From the IMG/VR virus record IMGVR_UViG_3300025769_000069: a DNA stretch of 64,000 nt. One strand, given 5' to 3'. Every line of letters begins with the position of its first letter. Position 1 is the first letter of the stretch. A program made the translations under genes and the position numbers. Shown here one piece after another: positions 20,221-29,862 of the stretch. This DNA comes from a virus. A model generated the notes under the pieces. It was given only the letters and a program-made list of their open reading frames with translations, had not been told where the DNA came from and did not search any database.

Positions 20221-20402
20221 TGGCTTTCTTAGTAGATACAGTTATTATCGATCATCGTTCATTTGCTCAAAAACTTTGGGTTGGTTTTCAAAACTGGTGT
20301 GAAGTTGTTGGGTATAGCAGAGCGTCATCACATCTTGCGTCTCTTGGCTATCATAAGGAAGCTAAAGAATGTATGATGCAAATCGCAAAGCTGAAACGCT
20401 AA
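20220..20402 (+). CDS. Small hypothetical protein
   Basis: TAATG coupling, SD GAGG; GYSRASSHLASLGY. Confidence 0.65.
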   Translation: MAFLVDTVIIDHRSFAQKLWVGFQNWCEVVGYSRASSHLASLGYHKEAKECMMQIAKLKR

Positions 20403-20470
20403 TAGAAGAATCTTAGCAAAGGGGCTGTAATGGCCCCTTCGATCACACACACATAACAGGAGGAACTATT

Positions 20471-20683
20471 ATGTTCTCAACAGACTATCTTACAAACGTA
20501 TGGATCGATGCGATCCAAAATGCAAAAACAACTTGGGTTAACACTTGGGTTAAAGATGAAGCAATGAGCAAGCCTCTACATGATTTCATCAAAACACAAA
20601 CAGAGTTTACCAAAGATGCGATGAAACAAACCACTACATTTGCAAATGCTGCGGGTGAAGCAATGGCGAAAATGGTAAAATGA
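20471..20683 (+). CDS. Small helical hypothetical protein
   Basis: Strong SD AGGAGG; amphipathic helical pattern. Confidence 0.65.
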   Translation: MFSTDYLTNVWIDAIQNAKTTWVNTWVKDEAMSKPLHDFIKTQTEFTKDAMKQTTTFANAAGEAMAKMVK

Positions 20684-20898
20684 ATAAGAATCCATTTGAA
20701 ATCAGAGCTGAAATGCTTCAACTAGCAAAAGAATATATGGACAAGCAACATGAACTAAACATTCAATTTGCTAAAGACATGTATCACCAAGGCAAAATCC
20801 AATGGGAACAAGTTCAAGATTCATATAAGATGTATTCTATGAGCGATCTTATGAATAAAGCGAAAGAAATGTATAGCTTCGTTTCAGAAAAAAAATAA
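20680..20898 (+). CDS. Phage hypothetical protein
   Basis: NPFEIRAEMLQLAKEY; ATGA overlap with the previous gene. Confidence 0.65.
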   Translation: MNKNPFEIRAEMLQLAKEYMDKQHELNIQFAKDMYHQGKIQWEQVQDSYKMYSMSDLMNKAKEMYSFVSEKK

Positions 20899-20901
20899 AT
20901 T

Positions 20902-20922
20902 AAGGGCTTCGGCCCTTTTTTT
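20902..20922 (+). terminator. Rho-independent terminator
   Basis: AAGGGC-TTCG-GCCCTT followed by a T-run. Confidence 0.9.
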
Positions 20923-20923
20923 A

Positions 20924-20952
20924 TTTACAATATAAGCTAAATATGATAGAAT
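20924..20952 (+). promoter_or_regulatory. Sigma70-like promoter for gp43
   Basis: TTTACA-N17-TAGAAT with TG extension. Confidence 0.7.
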
Positions 20953-20974
20953 ATACCAAACGGAGGTATTTCAT

Positions 20975-23560
20975 TTGGAATTCTATACATCAGTATATCG
21001 TTACGGTAATTCTATTCTATATCGTGGCTATAGTGCTAACGGTAGTCCTATTCAAAATAAAATTAAATTTGTTCCTACTTTATATCGGGCATCTCAAAAT
21101 AAATCTGAAATTAAGTCTTTGTTTGGTCATAATCTAGTGCCAGTACAAAACATTAATAGTATGCGTGATGCTAAAGAATATGTTGAACAATATAAAGATG
21201 TAAGTGATGTTAGTATTTTTGGTACAACAAATTACATTCATCAGTTTATTACCGAAAAATTTCCAACCAATATTGATTTTAACGTTAAGCATATTAATGT
21301 TATAAACTTTGATATTGAGGTTGCTTCAGATGATGGCTTTCCAACGCCAGAAGAAGCGGCTTATCCAATTATTTCCATTGCACTTAAATCTAGTAAGTCG
21401 TCAGTCTATCAAGTTTGGGGACTAGATGCTTATGATCCGTCTAAGTCTGAAATTGATTTACATGGTGATCAAGTCCAGTATCACTATTGTTCTTCTGAAG
21501 AAGAATTGCTAGCAAAGTTTCTTGGTTATTGGACTAAAAATTATCCTGACGTAATTACTGGTTGGAACTCTCGTTTCTTTGATATTCCATATCTTATAAA
21601 CCGTATTACATTAATTGGTTCTGAAACAGCAGCCAGACGTCTTTCTCCTTGGAACATGGTAAATCCACGTGATGTAAAGAAAATGCAACGAATGCTTCCA
21701 GCATATGAAATTGTTGGTATCCAACAGGCAGACTATCTTGAACTATTTCAAAAGTTTGGTTACTCATATGGCCCACAAGAATCATATAAACTTGACCATA
21801 TAGGCTATGTAGTAGTTGGAGAAAAAAAGCTATCATATGAAGAACATGGTAATCTATATACGTTATATAAAGAAGACCATCAAAAGTTTATTGATTATAA
21901 CATTAAAGATGTTCAACTAGTAGATCGCATTGATCAAAAGATGGGCCTGATTTCTTTGGCTTTAACTATGGCATACAAAGGCGGTGTAAATCTTGGTGAT
22001 ACATTTGGTACTACTAATATTTGGGAATCAATTATCTATCGTCGATTATTAAGTAAAAATATTATTTGTCCAGTTGAGCAAATCAAAAAGGTTCCATATT
22101 CTATTGTTGGTGCTACAGAAACTTCTATTAGACACCCTGGCCCTAGGGCAAGAGATAAGGACCAACCCCATACTATTGCAGGCGGTTATGTAAAAGAGCC
22201 ACAAGTTGGATCTCACAACTGGGTAGTATCATTTGACCTTAATTCTCTATATCCTAATATTATTGTTCAACAAAACATTTCGCCTGAAACACTTATTAAA
22301 GATTACACTATACGCTTTCCACAAGGCGTAGATTATTATCTTTTCAACCATGATCGTACAAAGCAAGTTAGTGATACCTATGCTCTCGCCTCATCTGGTG
22401 TACCCTATGACCGGACAAAACAGGGTATTATTCCCGAATTGATTGTTGATTACTATGCTGAGCGTAAAGCCATTAAACGTCAAATGCTTGATGCGCAATC
22501 TGCATATGAGAAAACAAAAGATAAATCTCTTCTTTCTAAGATTAACCAAGCTGAAAACAATCAGATGGCCATTAAAATCTTGCTTAACTCTTTATATGGC
22601 GCTCTTGCTAATAAGTACTTTAAATATTTTGATAATGCACTGGCAGAATCTGTTACACTTACTGGCCAGACTGTTATCAAGTGGGCCGAGCAATGTATGA
22701 ACAAAGCCATGAACGATATTACAAAAGCCGATAAAGATTATATTGTTGCTATTGATACCGATTCGATCTATGTCAATATGGGTCCTCTTGTTGAAAAGTT
22801 TAAACCAAAAGATCCTGTTAAGTTTTTAGATAAAATATGTAAAGATCATTTTGAAAAAATTATGGCAAAATCATATGATGAGTTTTTCTTTATCATGAAT
22901 GGCTATACTCCTCGTATGGAAATGGCTCGAGAAGTTATTGCTGATCGTGGCATATGGACAGCAAAGAAACGCTATATTCTTAATGTGCACAATTCAGAGG
23001 GTGTACAATATGCTGAACCAAAACTCAAGATGATGGGTATTGAAGCTATTAAATCTTCAACACCCGAAGTGGTTCGTAATAAATTCAAAGAAGTCTTTAA
23101 AGTAATCATAAATAGCTCTGAATCTGAAACTCAATCTTTCATTGCTGACTTCAAACGACAATTCAATAGCTTACCGCCTGAAGATGTGGCATTTCCTCGT
23201 GGAGTATCTGAAGTTGAAAAATGGAAAGATCGTAGAACAATATATGCAAAAGGCACACCAATTCACGTAAGAGGATCACTACTATATAATAATAAGTTGA
23301 ATGATCTAAATCTTACTAAACGATATGAAACAATCAAGAATGGCGAGAAGATTAAGTTCTTATATTTAAAAAAACCAAACCCTATCAAAGAAAATGTTAT
23401 TTCATTTCCAGGGATCTTGCCTAAAGAATTTGGTGTACATCAGCATGTAGATTATGGTATAATGTTTGAGAAGACATTTATTGAGCCATTGAAACCAATC
23501 CTTGACGCTATGGATTGGACACACGAACCAATGGCTACACTGGAGGATTTCTTTGCATAA
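20975..23560 (+). CDS. gp43: Family B DNA polymerase
   Basis: DIEV exonuclease [24 protein letters not shown]; TTG start after GGAGG. Confidence 0.97.
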   Translation: MEFYTSVYRYGNSILYRGYSANGSPIQNKIKFVPTLYRASQNKSEIKSLFGHNLVPVQNINSMRDAKEYVEQYKDVSDVSIFGTTNYIHQFITEKFPTNIDFNVKHINVINFDIEVASDDGFPTPEEAAYPIISIALKSSKSSVYQVWGLDAYDPSKSEIDLHGDQVQYHYCSSEEELLAKFLGYWTKNYPDVITGWNSRFFDIPYLINRITLIGSETAARRLSPWNMVNPRDVKKMQRMLPAYEIVGIQQADYLELFQKFGYSYGPQESYKLDHIGYVVVGEKKLSYEEHGNLYTLYKEDHQKFIDYNIKDVQLVDRIDQKMGLISLALTMAYKGGVNLGDTFGTTNIWESIIYRRLLSKNIICPVEQIKKVPYSIVGATETSIRHPGPRARDKDQPHTIAGGYVKEPQVGSHNWVVSFDLNSLYPNIIVQQNISPETLIKDYTIRFPQGVDYYLFNHDRTKQVSDTYALASSGVPYDRTKQGIIPELIVDYYAERKAIKRQMLDAQSAYEKTKDKSLLSKINQAENNQMAIKILLNSLYGALANKYFKYFDNALAESVTLTGQTVIKWAEQCMNKAMNDITKADKDYIVAIDTDSIYVNMGPLVEKFKPKDPVKFLDKICKDHFEKIMAKSYDEFFFIMNGYTPRMEMAREVIADRGIWTAKKRYILNVHNSEGVQYAEPKLKMMGIEAIKSSTPEVVRNKFKEVFKVIINSSESETQSFIADFKRQFNSLPPEDVAFPRGVSEVEKWKDRRTIYAKGTPIHVRGSLLYNNKLNDLNLTKRYETIKNGEKIKFLYLKKPNPIKENVISFPGILPKEFGVHQHVDYGIMFEKTFIEPLKPILDAMDWTHEPMATLEDFFA

Positions 23561-24492
23561 TGTATTCTTTGACTGTATTTACTAGTAGATTTGATAATAA
23601 AACAGATAAGCGATTTGACTTTGAAACATGGGATAAGTTTTCAAGGTTTTTGTATAAACTATCTGAGCGACCATTAGGAGGTAAGACTGATGCAGAACTT
23701 ATATCACCGGCTGTTTATAACATTGGCACAACTAGGGCAAACAAGAATGTATTGGCTTGGGCAGGTTGGTGTGCTGTTGACGTTGATGATTGGACACCTG
23801 AAGGAGATCTAAATGATACCCTTATCAATAAGTTTGGTCTATGGGACTTCATTTGCTATAGTACTGCTTCTAGTTTGGAAGAACTACCCAAGTTCCGGCT
23901 TGTATTTAGACTTGATAGAAATATACACCAAGATGAAATCAAGCATTTTTGGTGGGCACTCAACACTGAACTTGACAGCATCGGAGATCGCCAAACTAAA
24001 GACCTCAGCAGAATGTATTATGTCCCTGCGAATTACAGTGGTGCTTTTAACTTTATTTTCAGCAATTCTGGTGTTCCTATTGATGTGGACGAGTTACTTG
24101 CTCGACATAGATACGATGATAAAAGAGATTCCGGAAATTTTCTCGACCGTCTCCCAGACGAATGGCGAAAGCAAATAATTGAACATCGTAAAAGCTCACT
24201 AGAAAATACAGACTATAGCTGGTCTAGTTATCATGATTGTCCATTTTGGCCAAAGAGTCTAGCATCAGATTATATGACGATAAATAAGACGGGCTGGTAT
24301 CATAAAATGTATCAAATTATGATTGCTGTTGCTGGTCGAGCTGTAGAAAAAGGTTATCCAATTACAGCTAAAGAAATTGAAGACTTATGCCGTGCTTTTG
24401 ATAATGACACTGGCCGTTGGTATGAAAATCGTGCTATTGAAAAAGAAGCAAACAATGCTTTAGAATATGTGTATAGAAATGGAGTTTTTTAA
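23560..24492 (+). CDS. AEP-type primase / prim-pol-like protein
   Basis: AVDVDD, YSTAS, KFRLVF, KDLSRMYYVP; helical C-terminal domain; TAATG-coupled to gp43. Confidence 0.65.
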   Translation: MYSLTVFTSRFDNKTDKRFDFETWDKFSRFLYKLSERPLGGKTDAELISPAVYNIGTTRANKNVLAWAGWCAVDVDDWTPEGDLNDTLINKFGLWDFICYSTASSLEELPKFRLVFRLDRNIHQDEIKHFWWALNTELDSIGDRQTKDLSRMYYVPANYSGAFNFIFSNSGVPIDVDELLARHRYDDKRDSGNFLDRLPDEWRKQIIEHRKSSLENTDYSWSSYHDCPFWPKSLASDYMTINKTGWYHKMYQIMIAVAGRAVEKGYPITAKEIEDLCRAFDNDTGRWYENRAIEKEANNALEYVYRNGVF

Positions 24493-25070
24493 TGGAAAGC
24501 TATGTGTTAAAAAAATCTTCTTTTGTTGTGGATAATCAAAAACATATTATTCAAGCATGTGAGTTATGTAAATACTCATTAACAAATTATTTGGAAGATA
24601 ATGGAAAGTCGGATAGTACTACAAGAAACTATATGGATTATAATATCTTTTCATGGTCTTCAACTGATCAATATATGTATGATTTATTTAAAGAAATTAG
24701 AAATGAAATACGTTCTTATGTAGGAAACGACAAAAGAATGTGGTTTCAATCTTGGTTAAATTATTCTACTTATAGCGATCTTAGAACTGATCTAGGGCCT
24801 CATCAACATGATTGGGATATTCATGGTTATGTTACTATAGAACCAAAGCATACTATCACTTCATTTTATGACCAAACAGTTGATACTCCAAAATTTCAAA
24901 TAAAGAATGAAATTGGAAACATTTATATTGGTCCGGCCGGTCCAGATTATAAACATCAAGTAATAAATACGAAACCTTGGTCCGGATCAAGAATTACTAT
25001 TGCTTTTGATTGTACTTTTGATCCTAACTATATTGTAGCTAATAATAATGTACTGTTTCCACTATTGTAA
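24492..25070 (+). CDS. Putative 2OG-Fe(II) oxygenase-like protein
   Basis: SWLN..HQH, HGYV, HQV, RITIAFD. Confidence 0.6.
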   Translation: MESYVLKKSSFVVDNQKHIIQACELCKYSLTNYLEDNGKSDSTTRNYMDYNIFSWSSTDQYMYDLFKEIRNEIRSYVGNDKRMWFQSWLNYSTYSDLRTDLGPHQHDWDIHGYVTIEPKHTITSFYDQTVDTPKFQIKNEIGNIYIGPAGPDYKHQVINTKPWSGSRITIAFDCTFDPNYIVANNNVLFPLL

Positions 25071-25081
25071 AGGAAAAACTA

Positions 25082-25237
25082 ATGTTACCAGATGAAATGG
25101 AAGCTGAGAAGAATAGAAAGATTATCATATCTCAGGCAGAAACTATTGAAATTTTAAAACAGAATGTTCTAGATTTACAAGAGCAATTGAACAATGCATA
25201 TATTCGTATTAGAAAATTAACGGAGAATAAATTATGA
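25082..25237 (+). CDS. Small coiled-coil protein (51 aa, not in ORF track)
   Basis: SD AAGGA; MLPDEMEAEKNRK...LQEQLNNAYIRIRKLTENKL. Confidence 0.55.
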   Translation: MLPDEMEAEKNRKIIISQAETIEILKQNVLDLQEQLNNAYIRIRKLTENKL

Positions 25238-25632
25238 AAGCAGGTAAAGTGTGGGGAACAACTGAATTAATTGAAGCAAATTGCGCTTTAGAATTTCATC
25301 GTATTGAAATGGAAGCAGGTGGGGTATGCTCTAAGCATATGCATCGTTATAAATGGAATGGATTCTATGTAGAGTCTGGACGTATGCTTATTCGTACATG
25401 GCAAAAAGACTATAATCTGGTAGATGTAACCGAACTTCAAATAGGTGAATATCATAAAGTAAAACCAGGTTTGTACCATCAATTTGAATGTATCGAATCA
25501 GGTGTTGCATATGAACTATATTGGGCTGAGTTTAATCATAATGATATTGTAAGAGAGACTGTAGGACATATGGGTAATATAAAACCTGAACCCAACATCC
25601 CAATAGCACCATATGATATTGGACATCAATAA
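25234..25632 (+). CDS. Cupin (sugar-phosphate isomerase-like)
   Basis: KVWG, CSKHMH..K...FYVESG, PGLYHQF. Confidence 0.75.
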   Translation: MKAGKVWGTTELIEANCALEFHRIEMEAGGVCSKHMHRYKWNGFYVESGRMLIRTWQKDYNLVDVTELQIGEYHKVKPGLYHQFECIESGVAYELYWAEFNHNDIVRETVGHMGNIKPEPNIPIAPYDIGHQ

Positions 25633-25634
25633 CC

Positions 25635-26339
25635 ATGCATTATATTTTCGATGTAGATGGCACATTAACTCCATCTAGACAATTAATGAATAAACATTTT
25701 GAAAAGTGGTTTGAAAACTTTTCAGCACACCATAATGTGTATCTTGTAACTGGATCTGACCGTGATAAAACTTTGGCTCAAGTGGGAGATGTTATTTACA
25801 ATCTAGCTAAAACAGTATATAATTGTTCTGGTAATGATGTTTGGAAACAAGATAAAAATATTAGATCAAATTACTTTCAATTGCCAGATAATGTAAAAAA
25901 AGATCTAACAATAGAAGCGAATGATTCCAGATTTCATGCAAAGAATGGTGACCATTTTGATGAACGTCCGGGGTTAGTCAACTTTAGCGTTGTAGGAAGA
26001 AACTGTAGTCTTGAAAATAGATTTCTATATGTGCAATGGGATGAGCATAAAAATGAAAGAGAAATCATAGCTGAAAAAATGAGAGAGAAATATCCCGATC
26101 TTAATTTTCAAGTGGCAGGAGAAACTGGAATTGATATTACTCTAAAGGGTTTAGACAAATCTCAAATTTTAAAAGATTTTATCACTCACGATGGGGCTAT
26201 ATACTTCTTTGGAGATAAGATGGAATATGGCGGAAATGATTATGAACTCGGCTTGGCAGTCGCTAGATCTGGAAACCATGTCCATCAGGTTAAAGATTGG
26301 AGACATACATGGAAAATTCTAAAAGAATTATCGGCTTAA
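25635..26339 (+). CDS. HAD-IIB phosphomannomutase-like protein
   Basis: FDVDGTLT, VTGSD, NFSVVGR, FFGDK..GGND. Confidence 0.85.
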   Translation: MHYIFDVDGTLTPSRQLMNKHFEKWFENFSAHHNVYLVTGSDRDKTLAQVGDVIYNLAKTVYNCSGNDVWKQDKNIRSNYFQLPDNVKKDLTIEANDSRFHAKNGDHFDERPGLVNFSVVGRNCSLENRFLYVQWDEHKNEREIIAEKMREKYPDLNFQVAGETGIDITLKGLDKSQILKDFITHDGAIYFFGDKMEYGGNDYELGLAVARSGNHVHQVKDWRHTWKILKELSA

Positions 26340-26743
26340 CTGCTTCCACATTTGATTTGTTACACGCTGGCCATTGCGCAATGCTTCGTGAAGCAAAAGA
26401 TCATTGTGATTATTTGATTTGTGCTTTACAGGTAGATCCATCTATAGATAGAGCAGAAAAAAATGCACCCGTTCAAACATTGGTTGAGCGTTGGCTGCAA
26501 TTGCAAAGTGTAAAATATGTTGATGAAATTATTCCATATCAAACTGAAGAAGATTTAAAAGATATTTTACAAATGTTTGATTTAGATTTACGTATTATTG
26601 GCCAAGAATATAAGTCAATGAAATTTACTGGACGTGACATTTGTTCACAGCGCAATATTGAAATTTATTACAACAAAAGAGATCATAGATTTTCTACATC
26701 TGATCTACGTAAACGCGTTTTTGAAACGGAGAAAACAAAATGA
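26309..26743 (+). CDS. TagD-like cytidylyltransferase
   Basis: STFDLLHAGH, YVDEIIPY, RFSTS. Confidence 0.85.
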   Translation: MENSKRIIGLTASTFDLLHAGHCAMLREAKDHCDYLICALQVDPSIDRAEKNAPVQTLVERWLQLQSVKYVDEIIPYQTEEDLKDILQMFDLDLRIIGQEYKSMKFTGRDICSQRNIEIYYNKRDHRFSTSDLRKRVFETEKTK

Positions 26744-27546
26744 ATATTTTAATCGTTGGTCATGGTTTTGTAGGACAAGCTGTGGATTATGGTTTCCAAC
26801 ATCCGGACATTGAAAAGACTATTATTGATCCAAAATATGGAACAACAATAGATGAAATTGACCAAACAAAATATAGTGCAGCTTTTGTTTGTGTACCTAC
26901 ACCAATGGGCGATGATGGTCGTGTAAATTATTCTATAGTAAGAGATGTTGTTAATAAATTAAAAGATAAAATGGTTGTTATTATCAAATCAACTATTACG
27001 CCAGATTTTTTTGATTTATATGCTGACGCAAATCACATTGTTTATAATCCAGAATTTTTAACTGAAAAATCTGCAAAAGAAGATTTTGTAAATCCTCCTT
27101 TCCATATCTTAGGTGGTTCAGAGTTTTCTATTGATTATGTAGAAAAACTATATGATAATTATAGTCTGTGTAATCCGTGTCCAGTATTCAAAGTAAGCCA
27201 TAAAGAAGCAAGTTTAATTAAATATGGTATCAATAATTTCTTATCTATGAAAGTTACATTTTTCAATCAACTGTACGACTTGGCTCAAAAAGAGGGTGTA
27301 AACTTTAATAAAATTTCTCGTGTAATTGGGTCAGATCCTCGCATTGGTCAATCACACACTAAAGTTCCAGGGTTTGATGGTAAACAAGGTTATGGTGGAG
27401 CATGTTTCCCAAAAGATACTTCAGCACTATTTAATTATGATAAGGGGTTTACAATCATTGGAGAATGTATTAGAATTAATAATGGATACAGATCTCAATA
27501 TGATTTAGATGAAAGAGAAAGAGAGCAGAATGTTAAGTTTTCTTAG
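26740..27546 (+). CDS. UDP-glucose/GDP-mannose 6-dehydrogenase family, short form
   Basis: GHGFVG, CVPTP, KST, NPEFL, DPRIG, GYGGACFPKD; usual C-terminal domain absent. Confidence 0.88.
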   Translation: MNILIVGHGFVGQAVDYGFQHPDIEKTIIDPKYGTTIDEIDQTKYSAAFVCVPTPMGDDGRVNYSIVRDVVNKLKDKMVVIIKSTITPDFFDLYADANHIVYNPEFLTEKSAKEDFVNPPFHILGGSEFSIDYVEKLYDNYSLCNPCPVFKVSHKEASLIKYGINNFLSMKVTFFNQLYDLAQKEGVNFNKISRVIGSDPRIGQSHTKVPGFDGKQGYGGACFPKDTSALFNYDKGFTIIGECIRINNGYRSQYDLDEREREQNVKFS

Positions 27547-28369
27547 TAAGAAACCTAAAACCGAAAATATTCGTTGGGGTTGGGATCATCAATGGGATCC
27601 TGCAGTGGATCTGATGATGCCACAAGGAGGTAGTGGTACGTCTCTACAACTAGACGACTTTTTGGATGTTAAACCAATTCCAAAATGGTTTAAAAACATG
27701 CCAACTCTTGTGGATGAAGTGCGCCATCATCCTGGCAATAATTCAAATGAAAAACTTATGAATTGGTTTTATCAACCCAATAATTGGAACGCATTATTCG
27801 ACAAGAGACTAGATCAACATACAACTTTCCGTACAATGAAAGGATGCCCTGCTGTATTAAATCAATTTACTCATAGTGTTTTAATTAAAACTCCTAGTGA
27901 TTTGTTTATTGAAGTTCACGAAAAATATGGACCAAGATTTAAATCGCATTTAGATTGTATGTCTTTCACAGGTCATGCTCCAAACCAAACTGAAGGGAGC
28001 CCACTGGATAAAAATTTTTGGATTATAAAAGCACATACACCACTAATTTTTTCTTCAGAAGTTGGCAATCGCGTTTTCTATCAAGATTGTTTATGGGAAA
28101 AAATATATGATTTTAGAATTGTTCCAGGTCACATTGGAATCAAGACAAAAGAAATAGTTCCAATAACATTCTTTATGGCTTTCCCAAGAAATCTACCTAC
28201 TGCTAAATATGTTTTAAAACGTGGCGAGCCATTAGCTTATATTACTTTTATGAATAAATTTAAAAAATTTATTTATGACGAATCGCTATTTAAAAAACAT
28301 AGAAGAGATCAATATCAAAGGCATTTTTCTTATTTCGAAAAGCCCAAAATATCATATGAGGAAAACTAA
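27530..28369 (+). CDS. Hypothetical protein
   Basis: Long ORF; PKWFKNMP, TMKGCPA, LKRGEPLAY. Confidence 0.6.
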   Translation: MLSFLSKKPKTENIRWGWDHQWDPAVDLMMPQGGSGTSLQLDDFLDVKPIPKWFKNMPTLVDEVRHHPGNNSNEKLMNWFYQPNNWNALFDKRLDQHTTFRTMKGCPAVLNQFTHSVLIKTPSDLFIEVHEKYGPRFKSHLDCMSFTGHAPNQTEGSPLDKNFWIIKAHTPLIFSSEVGNRVFYQDCLWEKIYDFRIVPGHIGIKTKEIVPITFFMAFPRNLPTAKYVLKRGEPLAYITFMNKFKKFIYDESLFKKHRRDQYQRHFSYFEKPKISYEEN

Positions 28370-28371
28370 TA

Positions 28372-29418
28372 ATGTCAATTATGGACAAACTTAAAAAGAA
28401 CAGTAAGATTAAAACTACCGAAGTTTTATCTGAATCTAAGTTCTTTACAGAAAAAGACATGGTTCCAACAGATGTGCCAATGATTAATGTAGCACTATCT
28501 GGTTCAGTTGATGGTGGACTTACACCAGGAATGACTGTGCTTGCTGGACCATCTAAACATTTTAAAACATCATTTGCATTATTGATGGCAGCTGCTTATT
28601 TGAAAAAATATCCAGATGCTGTAATGCTATTTTATGATTCCGAGTTTGGCTCACCACAATCTTACTTTACTCAATTTGGTATTGATACTGCAAGAGTGTT
28701 ACATACACCAATTGCAAACGTTGAAGAGTTAAAGTTTGATTTGGTGGGTCAATTAGAAGAAATTGAACGCGGTGATCGCGTAATTATTGTGATTGACTCT
28801 ATTGGTAACCTTGCATCAAAGAAAGAATTGGAAGACGCCTTGAATGAAAAATCTGTGGCGGATATGTCACGGGCTAAAGCGCTCAAAGGCTTGTTCCGTA
28901 TGACTACTCCATATTTAACTATGAAAGATGTGCCATTATTGGCCGTCAATCATACGTATAAAGAAATTGGTCTATTTCCTAAAGATGTTGTTGGTGGAGG
29001 TACTGGTATCTATTATTCAGCAGATAATATTTGGATTATTGGTCGCCAACAAGATAAAAAGGGAACTGAGATTCAAGGTTATCATTTTGTAATTAATGTA
29101 GAGAAAAGCAGATATGTTAAAGAAAAATCTAAGATTCCTATTACTGTTTCCTGGGACGGTGGTGTCCGTAATTACTCTGGGCTGCTCGATTGTGCTCTTG
29201 CTGGCGGTTATGTTACTAAGCCTTCCAATGGCTGGTATGCTACAGTTGATCAGGATACTGGTGAAATTGGAGCAAAAGTTCGGTACGATACAACTCTTGG
29301 TAAGTCTTTCTGGGACCCAATATTTGCTGAAACAGATTTTAAAACTTTCCTAAATAAACAATATAGTATAGGACACCAATCCTTGGTGGACATGGACGAA
29401 ATTGTTGAGGAAGTATGA
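28372..29418 (+). CDS. uvsX: RecA-like recombinase UvsX
   Basis: AGPSKHFKT, FYDSEFG, IDSIGNL. Confidence 0.96.
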   Translation: MSIMDKLKKNSKIKTTEVLSESKFFTEKDMVPTDVPMINVALSGSVDGGLTPGMTVLAGPSKHFKTSFALLMAAAYLKKYPDAVMLFYDSEFGSPQSYFTQFGIDTARVLHTPIANVEELKFDLVGQLEEIERGDRVIIVIDSIGNLASKKELEDALNEKSVADMSRAKALKGLFRMTTPYLTMKDVPLLAVNHTYKEIGLFPKDVVGGGTGIYYSADNIWIIGRQQDKKGTEIQGYHFVINVEKSRYVKEKSKIPITVSWDGGVRNYSGLLDCALAGGYVTKPSNGWYATVDQDTGEIGAKVRYDTTLGKSFWDPIFAETDFKTFLNKQYSIGHQSLVDMDEIVEEV

Positions 29419-29618
29419 CAAAATATAAAGTAATATATCCCCCGGATGGGCATGCATATGGATTTCCCCGTTTGATGCCAGAACATATAAATCCAAAAAC
29501 TCCAGCTTTTAATGAGTTTTTAAAAACCAATGGGTATCCATCTCACAAGATACCTATTGCCAATGATTTTACTGAAATGTGGAGTTTAGACAGCGATGAA
29601 AGAAAACATAGATTATGA
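29415..29618 (+). CDS. Hypothetical protein
   Basis: PPDGHAYGFP; overlap-coupled. Confidence 0.55.
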   Translation: MTKYKVIYPPDGHAYGFPRLMPEHINPKTPAFNEFLKTNGYPSHKIPIANDFTEMWSLDSDERKHRL

Positions 29619-29862
29619 GTTGATCCCTATTGAGGATGCTGAACATTGGAATGTCAGAATCAAAACAGGTGATTACATTGAAACAGTTTTTCAGTTCGGA
29701 GCTTTAAAAGTAAATGATGACATAGACAGTATGACTTTTAATTTTGATATTGTTTCTACACCAGATGATACTTTAACTACTGAAGATATTGGTTTACAAA
29801 ATCACGTAGGTATGATATTATCATCTATATTAGAATCAGCTATAGGTCAAGCTCAAGGATGA
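29596..29862 (+). CDS. Hypothetical protein at the gp40 position
   Basis: Between uvsX and gp41; acidic. Confidence 0.55.
   Translation: MKENIDYELIPIEDAEHWNVRIKTGDYIETVFQFGALKVNDDIDSMTFNFDIVSTPDDTLTTEDIGLQNHVGMILSSILESAIGQAQG

Noticed and set aside
20403-20470. CcsR/cuckoo-type sRNA repeats after DUF1127
   Set aside because: No CCTCCTCCC loops or repeats; only one GC hairpin and a short CA run.
20975-23560. Intron, intein or split in gp43 (also checked gp17, gp41, nrdJ)
   Set aside because: Frames are continuous and of normal length, with no homing-endonuclease or intein motifs.
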